From the human T2T-CHM13v2.0 reference genome, Homo sapiens: a stretch of 64,000 nucleotides of DNA. Below, piece by piece: positions 28,541 to 44,600 of this stretch. A model generated the notes under the pieces. It was not told the DNA's origin. It searched no databases and worked only from the letters and a program-made list of their open reading frames with translations. A program made the translations under genes and the position numbers. The stretch lies in the NCBI RefSeq assembly GCF_009914755.1, contig NC_060938.1; one strand, 5' to 3'. Each line of letters starts with the position of its first letter. The first letter of the stretch is position 1.

Positions 28541-28897
28541 TGCAATGGACTGAATGCTTGTGTTCCCCCAAAATTCATATGTTGAAATCCTAAGCCCCTA
28601 TTTGATGGTGTTAGGAGGCAGGAGGTGATTGGGTCATGAAAGTGGGAGACCTCATGAATGGGATTAGTGCCCTTATTAAAAGAGACCCAGGAGCTAGCTT
28701 CCTCTCTTTCTGCCTTGTGAGGATACAGTAAGAAGTTAGCAATCTGCAACCTGGAAGAGAGGGTCCTTACCAGAACCCAACTATATTGGCAAGTTGACCT
28801 TGGACTTCTAAGCCTCCAGAATTGTGGAAAATAAATTTCTGTTGTTCATAAGCCACTCAATCTATGGTACTTTGTTACAGCAGCCCAAACTAAGACA
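28541..28897 (+). mobile_element. MLT1A0-like solo MaLR LTR
   Basis: TG...CA ends: tgcaatggactgaatgcttgtgttcccccaaaattcatatgttgaaatcc ... aataaa ... gcagcccaaactaagaca. Confidence 0.85.
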
Positions 28898-28962
28898 TAA
28901 CCCTTGGGTACAGATTCCTAATTAGGGCACCCAGTGGTCACTTGGGCTTAGCTGAAATCTCC

Positions 28963-29016
28963 CTCTCTCTCTCTTTCACACACACACATACACGCACACA
29001 CACACACACACACACA
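28963..29016. repeat. (CT)n(CA)n microsatellite
   Basis: Seen directly. Confidence 0.9.
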
Positions 29017-29332
29017 AAACACCCAATACTGCCTATGCCGAAAACTCAATAAATTATAGGCGTCCTAAAGGTGGCTAGCAGGACAGGCTGGGCTTCAGAA
29101 TGCCATCTCTAACACAAGCTATGGGACCCTGGGATTGTTTTTTTAAAACTGCTATTTTCACATCCATAAAAAACCCTCAAGGCTTGTGAATAGAACTCAA
29201 CAAAAATTAGCAGCTATTGTTACATGAAAAAAAATATTTCTAAACTTTCTTCTGCCTCCACTAAATGAGCAAGACACATGCCTATTAGAGCTATTCTTAA
29301 GTGTTTCTTCTCTTACTTGAAAGGTGCAGGCA

Positions 29333-29619
<287 letters not shown>

Positions 29620-29630
<11 letters not shown>

Positions 29631-29740
29631 GAAAAAAGGAAAGAAGGAAGGAAGGAAAGGAAGGAAGGAAAGGAAGGAAAGGAAAGGAAAGGAAAGGAAA
29701 GGAAAAGAAAGGAAGGAGAAAGAGTAAGAGAGAAAGAAAG
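29620..29740. repeat. Polypurine (GGAA/GGAAA)n repeat from the Alu tail
   Basis: aggaaggaaaggaaggaaaggaaaggaaaggaaaggaaa. Confidence 0.9.
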
Positions 29741-30769
29741 GTAGGTGAAGGCTTAGTTTTAGTGAGGGAGATGGGAGTAATAATGGGAGCTGTTGGTAGT
29801 AAACAGAAATGAGGAAGGGAACTCCCATTTGAGCCCCTGCTGTTCCATCAATACTGTTGTAGGTGGCAATGAAAAAGGGTCCTGACCACTAGGGAAAAGT
29901 AGGGGGTTTGCCAGGGAAGAGAGACCTTGAACAAGGAGCTATGAATGAGAGGCACCGTGAACAGGTGTGGGAGGCAATCAGCATAGAATGGAGGTTTGAC
30001 CTAGTGAGAGAGAGCTACCCCAAAGGAAGGATGTTTAACTTGAGATACATTAGACAAGTAGGAGCTACCTAAGCAGAGAGAGAGATGGATGAGGGGACTG
30101 GCAGGTGCAAAGGCCCTGAGGCAGGGAAGGTTATGAATATGGTATAGCCATACAGGTGAATTTAGAATGTTTGGACTAAAATGACAGGAGGAATGAGCTG
30201 GGAGATGAGGCCATAAGGTTGTAGGAGCTGTGCTGAGAAGGACCTTACAGGCAAAGGGTTGGATATGAGCTTCGATAGTGAGCACTCCCCTTCTGTGGTT
30301 TTGCATTGCCATTAGATTAGGTTCTGTTTTCAGACTATGACTGTTAGATGTGTGACATCCTCCTCATTTTGCTGCTGAGGAGTCAAAGCCCAGGGCCCCG
30401 AAATACATCGGAAGCCAGAGGTGGCCCCCAGACTCATTTATTCTCTGGCCCTTGTTTCTCCATCTGCCAAAAGTGAGGGTGGTGGCTGATGTCGGAGGTT
30501 TGGTCCAGCTTAAATTAGAACAAGTTAGAGTTGCAGGGGTACTTATATCGGGGTGAGAGCAGGGCGCCCCCTTGAGGACATTCAGGAAAGGAATTGAGGT
30601 TGTTTCTGAGTTAATCAAACAGGAAATGCCATCATCCATCTATGGAATAAGTCCAGTTGTCTGAGAATGTCATTCTAGTTGGGAACCCCCAACATTCTGC
30701 TTTTCAGAAGATGCCCCTGGAGAGTAACTGTGCAGTTCAGTACGGGGCATTTAAAAACTTAAAGTCTTT

Positions 30770-31440
30770 GAATAGATAATGTTTTCATATGATTCAAAAT
30801 TCAAAAAGCACTGGAGATGATAAAATAAAACCTCTGTCTCCTATCTCTGTCCCACAGCTGCCCAAACCCCCTCCTCAAAGGCAACCCTTTAGCAGTTTGT
30901 GCATGCATAGAATATGGGCCTATGTGATGGCTCAAATATTTCAAGCTGTCATCAGGAGCATGACATACTCTTTGATCCGTACCTATCTTTGCTCAATATT
31001 GAAGGCTAACCCAAGTCATTAATAATTAAATGTTTCTTTTCCCATCCTTTAATCATCTACATAGTATTCTATTGTGCGGATGTGCTATGATCTATTTAAC
31101 TCATTCCCTAATGATGTATATGCATTTAGTTTATTGTTGTAGCGCAAGAGGGCAAAAAGCATTGTTGCCATGAGTGGCTTAGAAGTAAATTGCTGGGTCA
31201 GAGGGTGGGTGAATTTGTCATTTTGACAGATGGTGCCAGAGGGTCCTCCATCAAGTCTGTACCCATTGGCAGCCTTTGTCCCACCAGACATGGATGAGAG
31301 GGCCGGTTCTCCCCACCCCATGGTGTTATCAGACCTGTTGAGTTTGCCAATCTGGAGGGTGAATCATGGTATCTCAGTTTGTTTCAGTCATGAGTGAGGT
31401 TGAGCATTTTTCCTATTAGAGTCATTTGTGTTCCCTTTCT
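30770..31440 (-). mobile_element. Old L1ME fragments
   Basis: catagtattctattgtgcggatgtgctatgatctatttaac...agaagtaaattgctgggtcagagggt...gagtgaggttgagcattttt. Confidence 0.6.
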
Positions 31441-31931
31441 GCTTGCTCTTCGTGTCCTTTTCTGTGTAGGCATTTAATCAGCTGTACCCTACTTGGGCTG
31501 TGTTGTCAGAAAAGGGATTGTCGTGGTCAGGTTCCCCAGAGATAAATCTAGCATGGCCAGGGGAGGCATCTTGAGTGTTCAGTTCCCTGAAGCAGCTGTA
31601 AACCTGTAGCAGAGCATAACTTCAGCTCCCCTGTCCCAGCTGCCTGTGCCGCCATCCCAAGTGAGCTTCCCACACGGCCGGCCCAGAGAGCAGGAGAGTT
31701 GATGGGCTGACCCCGTGCTGGAGTCACCTCGCGGTCACTTGCTAAGAGAAATTAAGCTAAATTGCCTCCGGTTTTGTGTCCCTCCCATGAGGGTGGCCAA
31801 AGAGAACTGCCGGTGGAAACCTGGAGCCAGGTCTGGGCCCTTGGTGAGCTCACCTGCTCCTGAGGAAGGCGTGTTTAGCCTCCTGGCAAGCCTTGCCAGG
31901 TGATCGTACACCATATTATTTTACTGACTAC

Positions 31932-32213
31932 TTTTTTTTTTTTTTTTGAGATGGAGTCTCACTCTGTCGCCCAGGCTGGAGTGCAGTGGCGCGATCTCCG
32001 CCTCCCGGGTTCACGCCATTCTCCTGCCTTACCCACCCAAGTAGCTGGGACTACAGGCACCTGCCACCATGCCCGGCTATTTTTTTTGTATTTTCAGTAG
32101 AGACGGGGTTTCACTGTATTAGTCAGGATGGTCTTGATCTCCTGACCTCGTGATCTGCCCGCCTCGACTTCCCAAAGTGCTGGGATTACAGGTGTGAGCC
32201 ACCATGCCTGGCC
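31932..32213 (-). mobile_element. AluY with a small internal deletion
   Basis: AluY diagnostics gggttcacgccattctcc and caggatggtcttgatctcctgacctcgtgatc; TSD ctacttttt; gcgatctc|cgcctccc junction lacks ggctcactgcaagctc. Confidence 0.9.
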
Positions 32214-32554
32214 TGTAGCAGCTACTTTTATAGTTTTGGGACCACAGTGAAGATTAGAATGGACAAACGCTTGCCGTTATGTAGTTTACAGTCTCATGGA
32301 GAGGAAACAGCAAGTAGGCAAAGTATCTGATGTGCTAGAATAGAATTTCTGGCTCATTATTTACATTTTTAATAGAATAGAATTAATGTGCACACAAATC
32401 ACTTGGGGAATCTTGTGAAAATGCAGATTCTGATTCAGTAGATCTGGGGTGGGGCCTGAGATTCTGCACTTCTAACAAGCTCCCAGGTGAGACTGATTAT
32501 TTTGGCTCCCAGAGCACACTTGGAGTACCAGGGCCCTAAAAAATGTTAGATGCT

Positions 32555-32870
<316 letters not shown>

Positions 32871-33700
32871 AAATGTTAGATGCAATGGGGCCAGGGGCCC
32901 TAGAGTACTTGTTGGGGTGGGGTGGTTGAAATATTATCTAGGCTGTCCTGCAGAGGCCTCAATTCGCTGAGAGGTGGTATGTGAGCCAAGATGTGAAGGA
33001 GGTGACAAGGTGGGCCTGTAGACGTGGGGACAAGGAGGTGAGTGTGGCTGGAGCGGGGTGGGGGCAGTAGGAGAGTAGCCTATAGAGATTGGGAAGAGGG
33101 CAGATGGTGGCACAGGGTCTGCAGGTCATGGAGACACACGTGGACACTGTATGGATACTGACAACAGCCCAGTGAGGTCTCACTCTCAGGTAGACGCCAA
33201 GGCTAGAAGGACGAGCTGACTTACCCAAAAGTTCAAAAGCTAGCTCTCAAACCCAAGTCCTTGGACCCTAGGTTTTCACTTGAAGATTCTGAGTGTAGGA
33301 ACTTTTTCAGTTCGTGCAGACATGGATCTGGTGCTTTGAAATACCTCTTTGCCTAAATACTAGAAGCCAATATTTGTCTGGGGACGAGCAAAGGACAGAA
33401 AGGCAAAGCTTGGGTTTGCCGGGCCTGAGGTGCTGCCTGCTCCAGTTTCAGGAGAATCTGGCTGAGACCCTGTTATCATACCTTTGAGGATCTGCCTGCA
33501 TTCTGTAGCTGGAGGTGACATAAAGCTGTCATCAGTGACACTGGCCCTGAGAGTCGGCCAGGTGAGGTACCCTGAGCGTGGTAGCTCGGCAAGTGGGTTC
33601 CTGTTAGAGCTCTTGCTCTCCCTTGTTGCTTTCTGACATCGTGTGTTGATTTGTTTGTGGGTGTGTTTATACCACTGGAAGGTCTGAGGGCTGAGCTGAA

Positions 33701-34070
33701 CAGACAGTTCCTGACTTACAATGGTTTGACTTAGGATTTTTTTGACTTTACGATGGCATGAAAGCAATTTGCATTCAGTAGAAACCATACTTTGAGAACC
33801 CATCAACTATTCTGTTTTTCACTTTCAGTATAGTATTATTCAATGAATCACATGAGAGAGTCAACATTTTATGATAGAATAGACTTTGTGTAAGAGGATT
33901 TTGTCCAATCATAGGGTAGTGTAGGTGTTCTGAGCATGCTTAAGATGGGCAAGGCTAAGCTAGGATGTTCCGTAGATTGGGTAGATTCAATGCATTGTTG
34001 ATTTACAGTAGTTTCCATTTACAGTGTATTTATCGAGATGTGACCCCATCGTAAGCTGAAGAGCATCTAT
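33701..34070 (-). mobile_element. Tigger3a/MER7-like TcMar element
   Basis: cagacagttcctgacttacaatgg ... ccccatcgtaagctgaagagcatct termini; aggctaagctaggatgttc. Confidence 0.75.
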
Positions 34071-34204
34071 ACTTGGCTTCCACATCTCTAGTCCAGCCAG
34101 GAAACATGGCATTCTGATTAAATTAATGTGACATTTTCCTTGTGAAATGTTTTTCTTTCTTGAAAACTAGAATGAGCGTGCCACCGTGAGGACTGTGGCA
34201 AGGT

Positions 34205-34445
34205 GGTACCACTTTGTGGTACGACCTTAAGCTCTGAAGCCAGAACTCCTGAATTTGAACCCTGGATCTATCAGTCATTAGCTGTGTGACCTTGGGCAAG
34301 TCATTTGACCTTTCTGTGCCTTAGTTTCTCCAACTGTAAAATGGAGATGGTGATGACAATGCCTAGGTTGTTGTAAGGATTAGAGGAATTAATACATGTA
34401 AGTCACATGGCGCAGTGGCTGGAACAGAGCACGTGCTCGATACAT
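34205..34445 (+). mobile_element. MIR SINE (near full length)
   Basis: tagctgtgtgaccttgggcaagtcatttgacctttctgtgccttagtttctccaactgtaaaatgg. Confidence 0.8.
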
Positions 34446-35134
34446 TGGCGTGGTATAGACCTTGTCCTTCTCCTGGACAAAGCTTCAGTGGGCCCCTATG
34501 GACACACAGTGATGTCCAGATTCTGCAGTAGGACACCATTCAGTTCTCTCTGGGGTCTGGCCCCTGTTATCCATGTGCTGGTCACCCTCACACACATGTG
34601 ACAGCTTCCTGTCCCTGAGGATCTAACACTAAGCCAGACCCCCTCATGGCACGTGCAGGACAGAGGATGTGCTTTAAACGCTGAATGAATCTTATGCAAA
34701 TGATCTCAGTATAGCAGATTTCTCAGATAGTTACAGGTGGGGCACTGGCTTATGTTGGGACTGAGTGGAGTAGCTTCCTCTGTGTTTGACTCAATCACAT
34801 TTCTAGCTTTAATGTGTATCAGTTGGATTATTACATTATTCCCCCCAGGATTGGAACCTTATTTCCCCGTTTCTTGAGACTTACTCGAGCTGTGTCACCA
34901 ACGAGGGGCAACTTGATGTTTCATTCTTCCTTGGAGGATTAGGATTAGGGTCATCTGTGGCCGACTGGCACAATTCAGATTCAGGGAGAACAACTTCCAA
35001 AGTCAGTACAGACCCAGACAGAAAGGCTGATTGCCAGAAAGAATCAGATCTCCTGGTGTAAAAACAGAAATTGATCAGCTTGATTAAATTTAACTCAGGA
35101 AACGTAACTAGGAAGAATACATGTTGCATTTTGG

Positions 35135-35628
35135 GACTTGAGATATTTGTACACCCAGGCACATGGCAGCATTATTCACAACAGCCAAGAGGTAGAAACA
35201 GCTTATGTGTCTGTCAGTGGATGAATGGCTACATAAAATGTGGAATATACATGCAATGGAATGTTATTCAGCCTGAAAAAGGAAGGAAATTCTGACACAT
35301 GCTACAATGTGGATGAACCTTGAAGACATTATGTTAAGTGAACTAAGCCAGTCACAAAAGGACAAATAGTGTATGACTCCACTGATATGAGGTACCTAGA
35401 GCAGTCAAATTCTGAGAGTCAGAAAGTAGAATGGTGGTTGCCAGGGACTGGGGCGATGGGGGAGTTATCGTTTAATGGGCACAGAGTTTCGGTTTGGGAA
35501 GATGGAAAGAGTTCTGGCGCTGGACGGGGGTGATGGTTGCACAACAATGTGAATGCACTTACGGCCTCTGAACTGTATACTTAAAAATGGTTACAATGGT
35601 AAATCTTATGTGTATTTCACCACAATGT
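35135..35628 (+). mobile_element. L1MB 3' end
   Basis: gcagcattattcacaacagcc...ggatgaaccttgaagacattatgttaagtgaactaagccagtcacaaaaggacaaata...gaactgtatacttaaaaatggtt. Confidence 0.85.
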
Positions 35629-36355
35629 CTGCAACTTAAAATATATTGCATTTCAAAATTGTGACAAGTGAAGGAAGTTTGTCTTAGACTGCCTTTGGTG
35701 GGATGAAAAAGATGGAAGTCTTGCAGACAGAACTCCTTGAAGCACAAAACTTGGTCTGAGTGAATGTTTGTTTTCAATAAGTTAACTTCTGAGAAAGTGC
35801 TGCTGGCAGGCTCACTGTCTGCTTTGTCATAAATTATGGAGCAGACAGGGAAATTAAAGTTGGTTCTTTTCTACTCCAAAATTCTTTTCTTCCTAAAATT
35901 GCTTGCTTCAGTTCTACCTAGAGGGGACACAAAGTGGAAATACCGTGTAGGGAATTGGAAAAGAAAAAGCTGGGCTGTTCAGATAGGCCAGTTAAATGCA
36001 CGCAACTGGGATAGGTCCTTCTTCTCCATCCATCTAAAGAGCAAATGGTGACCCATTTTGAAAAATGTTTATTTTAATTACGTTGACCCTGGGCAGTGAT
36101 AGATGTCATGCGTGTAGGTTTGGCTGTTAGAGAGCACAAGTGGAAATCCCATTACATCGAATAATCTATTATTTGCTGAACTACACGCCATCTGTAGGTG
36201 CTGGGGTGCTGGCAGGGCTACTGGGTGATGACCGCTCACTCCGCTTGTCCGTACTCATCATAATGTGGTGAACTCCAGGCTCAAATATCTGCTGGCCTCC
36301 CAGACACCTCCTCCTGGGAATCCAGGAGGCACCCCCAACTTAACATGATCATTGA

Positions 36356-36815
<460 letters not shown>

Positions 36816-37055
36816 TAGGGTGATCATCTAGTCAGCGTGGCTAAAATCTAGTCTAGGAGGCCAGTCTAGTCTAAGGAAGTCCTCTATCCTAGCCTAGCCC
36901 AGGGGGCTTGTCTGGTCTTCTCCAGCCTAGCCTAGCAGGCTTACCTAGTCTAGTTGAAGAGCATCTTTGTGAGCTCCCTGTTTTCCTCTCCCCCAACCCC
37001 AATCCACTCTTAACACAGCCAGGATGACTTGTTAAGACCTTTTTAAAAATGATCA

Positions 37056-37374
<319 letters not shown>

Positions 37375-37661
37375 GATCAAGCATTACCACACATGCAGAA
37401 ACATACATAAAACATAAACGTTAAGTATAACAAGTAATTATAAAGTAAAAACTCATGTCATGATCACTCAAGTCAAGAAGCAGAGCATTGCCAGGCCCCC
37501 AGGAGCTTTCCTGCAGGCATCCTGCAAATCACACCCCTCCGCTTCCCCCAGTAATACCGTCCTGACCTAGATGTCATCTCTGCCTTGCATTTCCTAAACT
37601 AGGTATAACCATTTTAATTTTGCCTTAAGAAAAACTCTTTATGTAAATGGAGTTATAGTAA

Positions 37662-37984
<323 letters not shown>

Positions 37985-38007
37985 TGTGTTTTAGTTTTTA
38001 AAATCAT

Positions 38008-38164
38008 TATTATTTTAGGGACAGGGTCTCATTCTGTCACCCAGGCTGAAGTACAGTGCACCATCGTAGCTCATTGTGGCCTCCAACTCCTAGGCTCAAG
38101 CAATCCTCCCTCCTCAGCCTCCCAAAGTGCTGGGATTACAGGCATGTGCCACTGTGCCTAGCCC
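38008..38164 (-). mobile_element. Alu monomer (FLAM/FRAM-like)
   Basis: acagggtctcattctgtcacccaggctg...ctcctaggctcaagcaatcctccc...cccaaagtgctgggattacagg. Confidence 0.8.
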
Positions 38165-41100
38165 TGTGTGTTTTCTCTACTCAGCACTATTAGTTTTGTC
38201 CAGTTTTCATTGTAGCTATAGTTCATATTCACTGTGATTATTTCATACAGTGGGATACTGTACTATTTATCCATTTGCAGTTAGATATTTGGTTTATGTC
38301 CTCTCTGGGGCTGATACCAATAATGCTCTTACAAACATCCTGTGTACATGTTGCCTGTATACATGCGTCCATTTGTGTTGGGTGATACCTAGAAATAGAA
38401 TTGCCCGATCATACTGCCAATCAGTTTTCCAAACATTTGTATCAATTTACATTCCCTCTTAATTGCACAAAGAAGAGAGGCTTAATGACGCATTGCACAT
38501 CCTCCATCTGGTTGGAGTCATTTGCCAGGTTGGCCCAGCTAGTAAGCGACAAACTCGGTCCCTGGATCTGCTGTCTCCCTTTCTACCCACCACACAGCCA
38601 CGTTACCACGGAGGCTCCTCTCAGGGTTTCTACGAAACCGAAATCTTGAATGCCTAATTTGGCTACACAGCGTTTATCCTTGCATTTCAGAGGACAAGAC
38701 ACTCCATGTGCAGAAGTAATTAGAATAAGCAGTCAAGCCTTTTAAATGCACGTTTGAAATGAAAGGGAACAGTTTAATCTTTAAAAAGGAGAGGGTGTTG
38801 CCATCCTCTCAGCGAGCACCCGGAGCCTCTGCTTTCAGGTAGACAACAGGAGGATCTTCAGGGCTAAACTCTGCCAACTGTGCCCATGGTTGTGGAGCAT
38901 TGCAGAAGGCTTTCCTGCAGTTGGCATCATTCCCCACATGTTTCTCATCTCGAGGATGTTGACCGATTATGTAACAGAACTTTTTTTTTTTTGCTGAAGA
39001 TAGCATTTGAAAATGCAAAAATGTTCCCTGTCCTAGCTAACAACTATTTTTTTTTTTTTGAATAATCTTGGACTCAGGTATTCTCCTTGGAAAGTGTTCT
39101 GGGGGTAGAGAAGCAAGGTTGGGAAGGGAGGGGCTTGGGAAAGTGCAAAGGAGGGGGCAGCTTGATGAACTACTTTGAACCATAAGGTCTCAGTGACATG
39201 AATTTCTGGTTGCCACCTAAGTCACCTTGTGAAAATAAAGCAACTGAAGTTTGAAATGGAAAGGAAAAAAAAAAATGAAGAGATTTAGGGCAAGGACAGC
39301 CTGACTAGATTTGTTCCACCAACACATTAAAATTTGACTTTTGCTAGATGCTGGAGACAGCAATAACGTAAAACAGAGTCCTTGCCCTCGTGGTGTTACA
39401 GGAGAGAAATAGTGCACAAGCGTACTGTTTGGTGGGACAAACAAAGCAGGGTGATAATTACAGAGTGTCGGGAACAGAGAGGTGCGATGTCTCGACTTTG
39501 AGTGGGGTGTTTGGGTGGGGCAGGATGGTGGGCGCTGGTGTGGGGTCCGATGATGCACTTGGCTTGAATGGTGTTGATTTTGAGGTCTCCATGAATCCTC
39601 CAGAGAGGAACATGTGTCCAGCTGGTGGTTGGAAATGGAGCTGAGGACATCAGAGGAACGGAACCTGGATATGGCATCTCGAAGGGGAGGCAAAGACAGC
39701 ACCTTGGGAAACACCCTATTCTGGTGCCCAGAGGAGGACCCTTGAGTGATTCCTGGCTCCCAGGTGGTGCTCGAGAAGTATTTGTTGAAATAATGAATGC
39801 TGATGGTGGTCTGGAGCACAGGGAGGTCAGAATAGGTGCGGTCCCATGACTGAGCGTCTTGGGGATGAGTACTGGAATTTTCCTTTCTTGCTTGGCTGCA
39901 CTAAAATGCAAACCCCGGACCCCAGCTTCTCTGTCTAACCCCGGCCTGAATCCTTGCTGACCTCAGGGGCCTCTCAGGTCCCTAGACTCTGTACTGCTGT
40001 CCAGCCTTTTCCTCCCCGGCTCTTTGGGGTCTCTGGAGAGCCTCGGAGCTCCATTTCCAAGACGCCTGAATGGAGGAACCTTGGCACCTGCAGCCTTCTG
40101 GCCCCTTCTTGTTGCTCTAACCTCTGTGCTGCTCCCTCTCTCACCCCGCCCTTCCCATCTCTCCAGTTCCTCTCCTGTCAGTCCCCCCAATGTTCACCTC
40201 TTGCCACTCTCCAGTGGGCTGGGAGCTGGGTAGATGGACCAGTTGGGCAGGTGTGGGTTGAACTGAACCCTGAGATTCATATCAAGCCATTGAGCTAATA
40301 TGTCTGCTTGGCAGCTGACACAGATGGGCATCCATAGAAGGGATTTGGAGGGTCATGGAAGAGATGGCTTCTAGCTTAGGAGCTGCCGGGGGATGGACAT
40401 TTTGGCTAAAAACAAGGGATGTGTTTTCTGAAGTCCACTCACCCTGTCACAGTGATCCCCCCGAGGCGGCACCAGTGTGCCGCGTCCCAAGTCTCCTGTG
40501 TCACCATGCGCTCCTCCTCTCTGAATGTCTACAGTGCTTTTCTGGTGCCTGGGCTTGTGCTGGGTCAACACATTTTGCTCAAAAAGTTTTGCAGAATGAA
40601 TGCGCAGAGAGACGCGGCAGCTCCGGGCGGGATCAGGCATGCTCTTCAAACTCAGTCAGCCAGTGCTGGATGCCTGCTGGATGCAGACGCCATGCCGGCA
40701 GGTGGCATGCTGCAGGGAGCACCCGAGAAGACGAGGCGCTCAGCCTGCCCGACTTCTCTCAGCTTGCCTCCTCCCTGCTTGTGCCAAGCTCTAGTTAATG
40801 AAGCTTGGAGCACGCCAGTGGGTTTTAAAAACTAATGACCAAGAGGAAGGGAAAATTCCTTACACTTTCCAGTCATTTGACTGCTTCCCTCTTGGGTGGG
40901 TGCCACACTGTGACATGGAGAGCATGACTCAGACCGACTGCTTGCTTCCAGCCCGTGCCTCGAGGACCAGCCTTTCGCACCAAGTCACAGAGGTTACACT
41001 TTTAGGACATGAAGACCAACCAGGTCAGCTTGGGGCTGGACAAGGAATCGGGGTACAGTTGGGGCTAATACTGTGCGGGGTACCCACCTGCAGCCAGAAG

Positions 41101-41233
41101 TGAATTCACCCCCATGCCGTCCCAGGCCAGCCTGTGTGCCATGGTCCACTGGCTACCAGCAGATGGCCAATGGCTGCTCCTTGCCTGGCAAGCCTCAGAC
41201 CTTTAAGGCACTTGACGATTTCACACCATGTTA

Positions 41234-41630
<397 letters not shown>

Positions 41631-44600
41631 CAATCTCAGCCTGGCATCTGTACTGCCCCTCGCCTGGTCCCTGCTGCCTGGCCCCCATCACTCTGCCCTT
41701 GGACGTCCCGGCCACGCCGACCCACACAATGCCTCCTGACTGTGGCACCTCCAGATGCTTGCAGGATTGGCCATCTCGTCTGTCCTGGTATCCTCTGTAG
41801 GTGACTCTTGCTCCTTCTTCTGCTCGCAGGGTACATGGCAGCTCCCCACCAGAAGCATTCCCCCCACTCTCAGGCAGTTAGTTATTCTGTTTTTCTACTA
41901 CTGCTTTCGTGACATAATTAGATTATCATTATTAGTGTGTTGTATAATTAACTTATCATAATTAGCTGTCTTTCCAGACACACTGTGAGTGCCTCAGCTC
42001 ACCACCCAGCCAGTAGCTGGCATGGGATGGTTGCAAACCTTTATAGAATGGTTCGAATGGGATCATGGCTACCTCTTTGGGTGACCCCCATCCTCTCTGC
42101 TAGACTCCTGGGGGCAGAGCAGGGTGGGAAAGACAGGAGGAAGCAGGGCAGCTGAAAGCCACAGAGGGAAGGGAGGTGGGATGACTGTCCTTGAGGGCCA
42201 TGAAAAGGAAGAGGCAGAGAAGGTACAGATAGTTACTCATAAACACACCAGATGAAACAGGTGTATTCACAGTCAGCAGCAGCTATGCAGGGCAGAGGGA
42301 GGAGACAGGAGGATGGTGACTGTGGGGACCAGGGGTGACTTTGGAACACACAGCCCAGTGGAAAATGGCCTTTCCTTCAACCTGAGAGCCCCGTGGTGGG
42401 TGGGAGGGAGGCACAGCCTCTGTCCCTCTGCCTGCTGCACTCATCCCTCATCTGTGCATGGCTGGCCCCTCTTCTTCCTTCAGGCCTCACCTCTCTGATC
42501 ACCCAGAGGATCTCAGAGCCTCTCTATCAGTCACTTCTGGATGACAAACTGATTGGGTGACCAAGGCAGGTGGCTCCTGCTCCATCATAGCCAACGGAAT
42601 CTCAAGCATGTCTGGCACAGACTGGGTGCCTCATTAGTGTTTGCTAAAGGAAGCTCGTCACTTGCCCTCCTCCCTGCACCCCAGCAACCTGCTTGTGGCC
42701 CCAAAGGTGCCGTGAGAGCCCCTTCCTCCTGCCTTGCCCCTGCCCTTTCCACTGCCCAGGACTTCTCCCTCCCTATCCTTCCAGATGAACTTATGTGGTG
42801 CCCTCCACCCTTGAAGCCCTCCTGGCTACCCCTGGCCTGAAGCGGGCTCTCCTCCCTTGGCACATTCAGGCCACTGGCACCGCCATCCTTAAAGTCTGCC
42901 CAGCTCCCACTGCCCGGCTGCCTCAGGCCTGTCTCCAGAGCGCCCGGAGGGCAAGGACTGTGTGCCGTCGTTGGCTTATATTGCCTGGCACACACTGGCA
43001 TTCACTGGGGAAGGGTTTGAGTTAAACCTGAATTCACCTCACCAGGCGATTGGAGCATTGGTGAGACTGGGTCTGCAGAGCAGCTGGTGCTCTTAAAACA
43101 CGGCCATTCCAAGCCTTGCCATGGTCCTGGTCCTTGTTTTAGAGCAGAGCCTTCTGGATGGGCCCTTTGGGTCACATACAGGCCTTTATATCTGGTGGGG
43201 CCAGCCCAGGAGGGCTTAGGTGGACACCCCAATCCCCGGGGACCGACCTCAAGGTCTCTGCTGCCTGAGCCCTTGTATTTACAAGGAAGACCAGGAGGAG
43301 CCCCGGGTGCTGGTCTGTGCCGCCTTCCCTCAGACCCTTCCCCTCTGTGGGGACCCATGGTGGCTTATCTTACAGTGTGACATGTTGGTGACAACCAGCC
43401 AGGCTTTTCCCCAGGGCCTGAGAGTCACTTGGGGTGTGTGTGCTGGGACACTGAGGCCCCCAAGCAGGTGACTATATTGGCCACTTATGTTCATTTTTGA
43501 CCTACTGTGTGTGTCGGCTGCTGTTCTTGGAATTTCCTGTATGCTAACTATGAATTCTTACAAGACTTGAGAAGACTGAGGCAGAGAGTGAGAGAGTAAT
43601 GTAGTTGCCCAAGGTCGCATGGTGTAAGTAGCAGAGGCAAGATTCGAACTAGGCTGTCTGGCCCCAGAGCCCGCCTTCAAACACCACTCCATGCTGCGTG
43701 TACTAAGCATCTGCCATATTCCAGGTGATGAGAGCAATATCTTAGAGTTGAGAGCTTACCATGTGGCAGGCACGGTTACAAATCCTTCATGCGTGTAAAC
43801 TGGGTTAATCTGCACAGCCTTTTGTGGCATAGGCACCATTATATTTCCATTTTTCAGATGAGAAAATTGTGGTGCCGGGAAGCCAAGTCATTGTGACAAA
43901 GCCTGGCTGGAGTGGGAAGGGATGCTGCTTTTCCTGCTGGATGTGCTGCCTGGGTGCTGGACACCCTGGCCCTTCCCCTGGGAGCACCCGAACCAAAGGC
44001 CAAGCCTCTGGGAAAATGGTGAGGCAGCGTTTTCAGGGGGCGTGGTCCTGCTGGTGTACCAAGACCCCTCTGGTGGGCAGATGGTCCTGAGGTGACGGGG
44101 TTGGAGTCCATCCCCTCGGGCAGAGGAATGTGACAGCCAGATGCTTGGGATAAACAGCTGTGGTCCCCGGCCAGAGGGACAAGGTCACGGTAGCCTCGTT
44201 CAGCCAGGCGGGTTTGCAGGTGGCTGACTGGTTGTTGGAAACAGGGATGACCTTGCGTCCTGCAGCAGAAGAGAAGATATTGATTGGTGTCAGGTTTTAC
44301 TGGAGTGTCATGCACAGGGCTACCCTGCCAGTTCATTGCTGAGGGTGGAATCTCCCTGCCCTGAAATAATACCCTTCGCTTTGAATATCCTCCGCTGAGG
44401 TTTGGAGCCCAGAAATAAAACAATGGGGCCAGAACCACTTTGGAATGTCTTCAGGAATTGCTTGGATGACAAAATCCACACCGATATGGCCTAACCTTCT
44501 GTCGGCTGGATAATGAGGAGCATGGGGATAATTCTCACTTCATGTTTTTCTGTGGGTTTTCGCAAGTGTTTTCTTTTTAGATTTTTAAAACAACCCTGGA

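Noticed and set aside
39217-39911. 200-aa and 171-aa minus-strand ORFs
   Set aside because: They overlap degenerate L2-like sequence and have no recognisable protein features.
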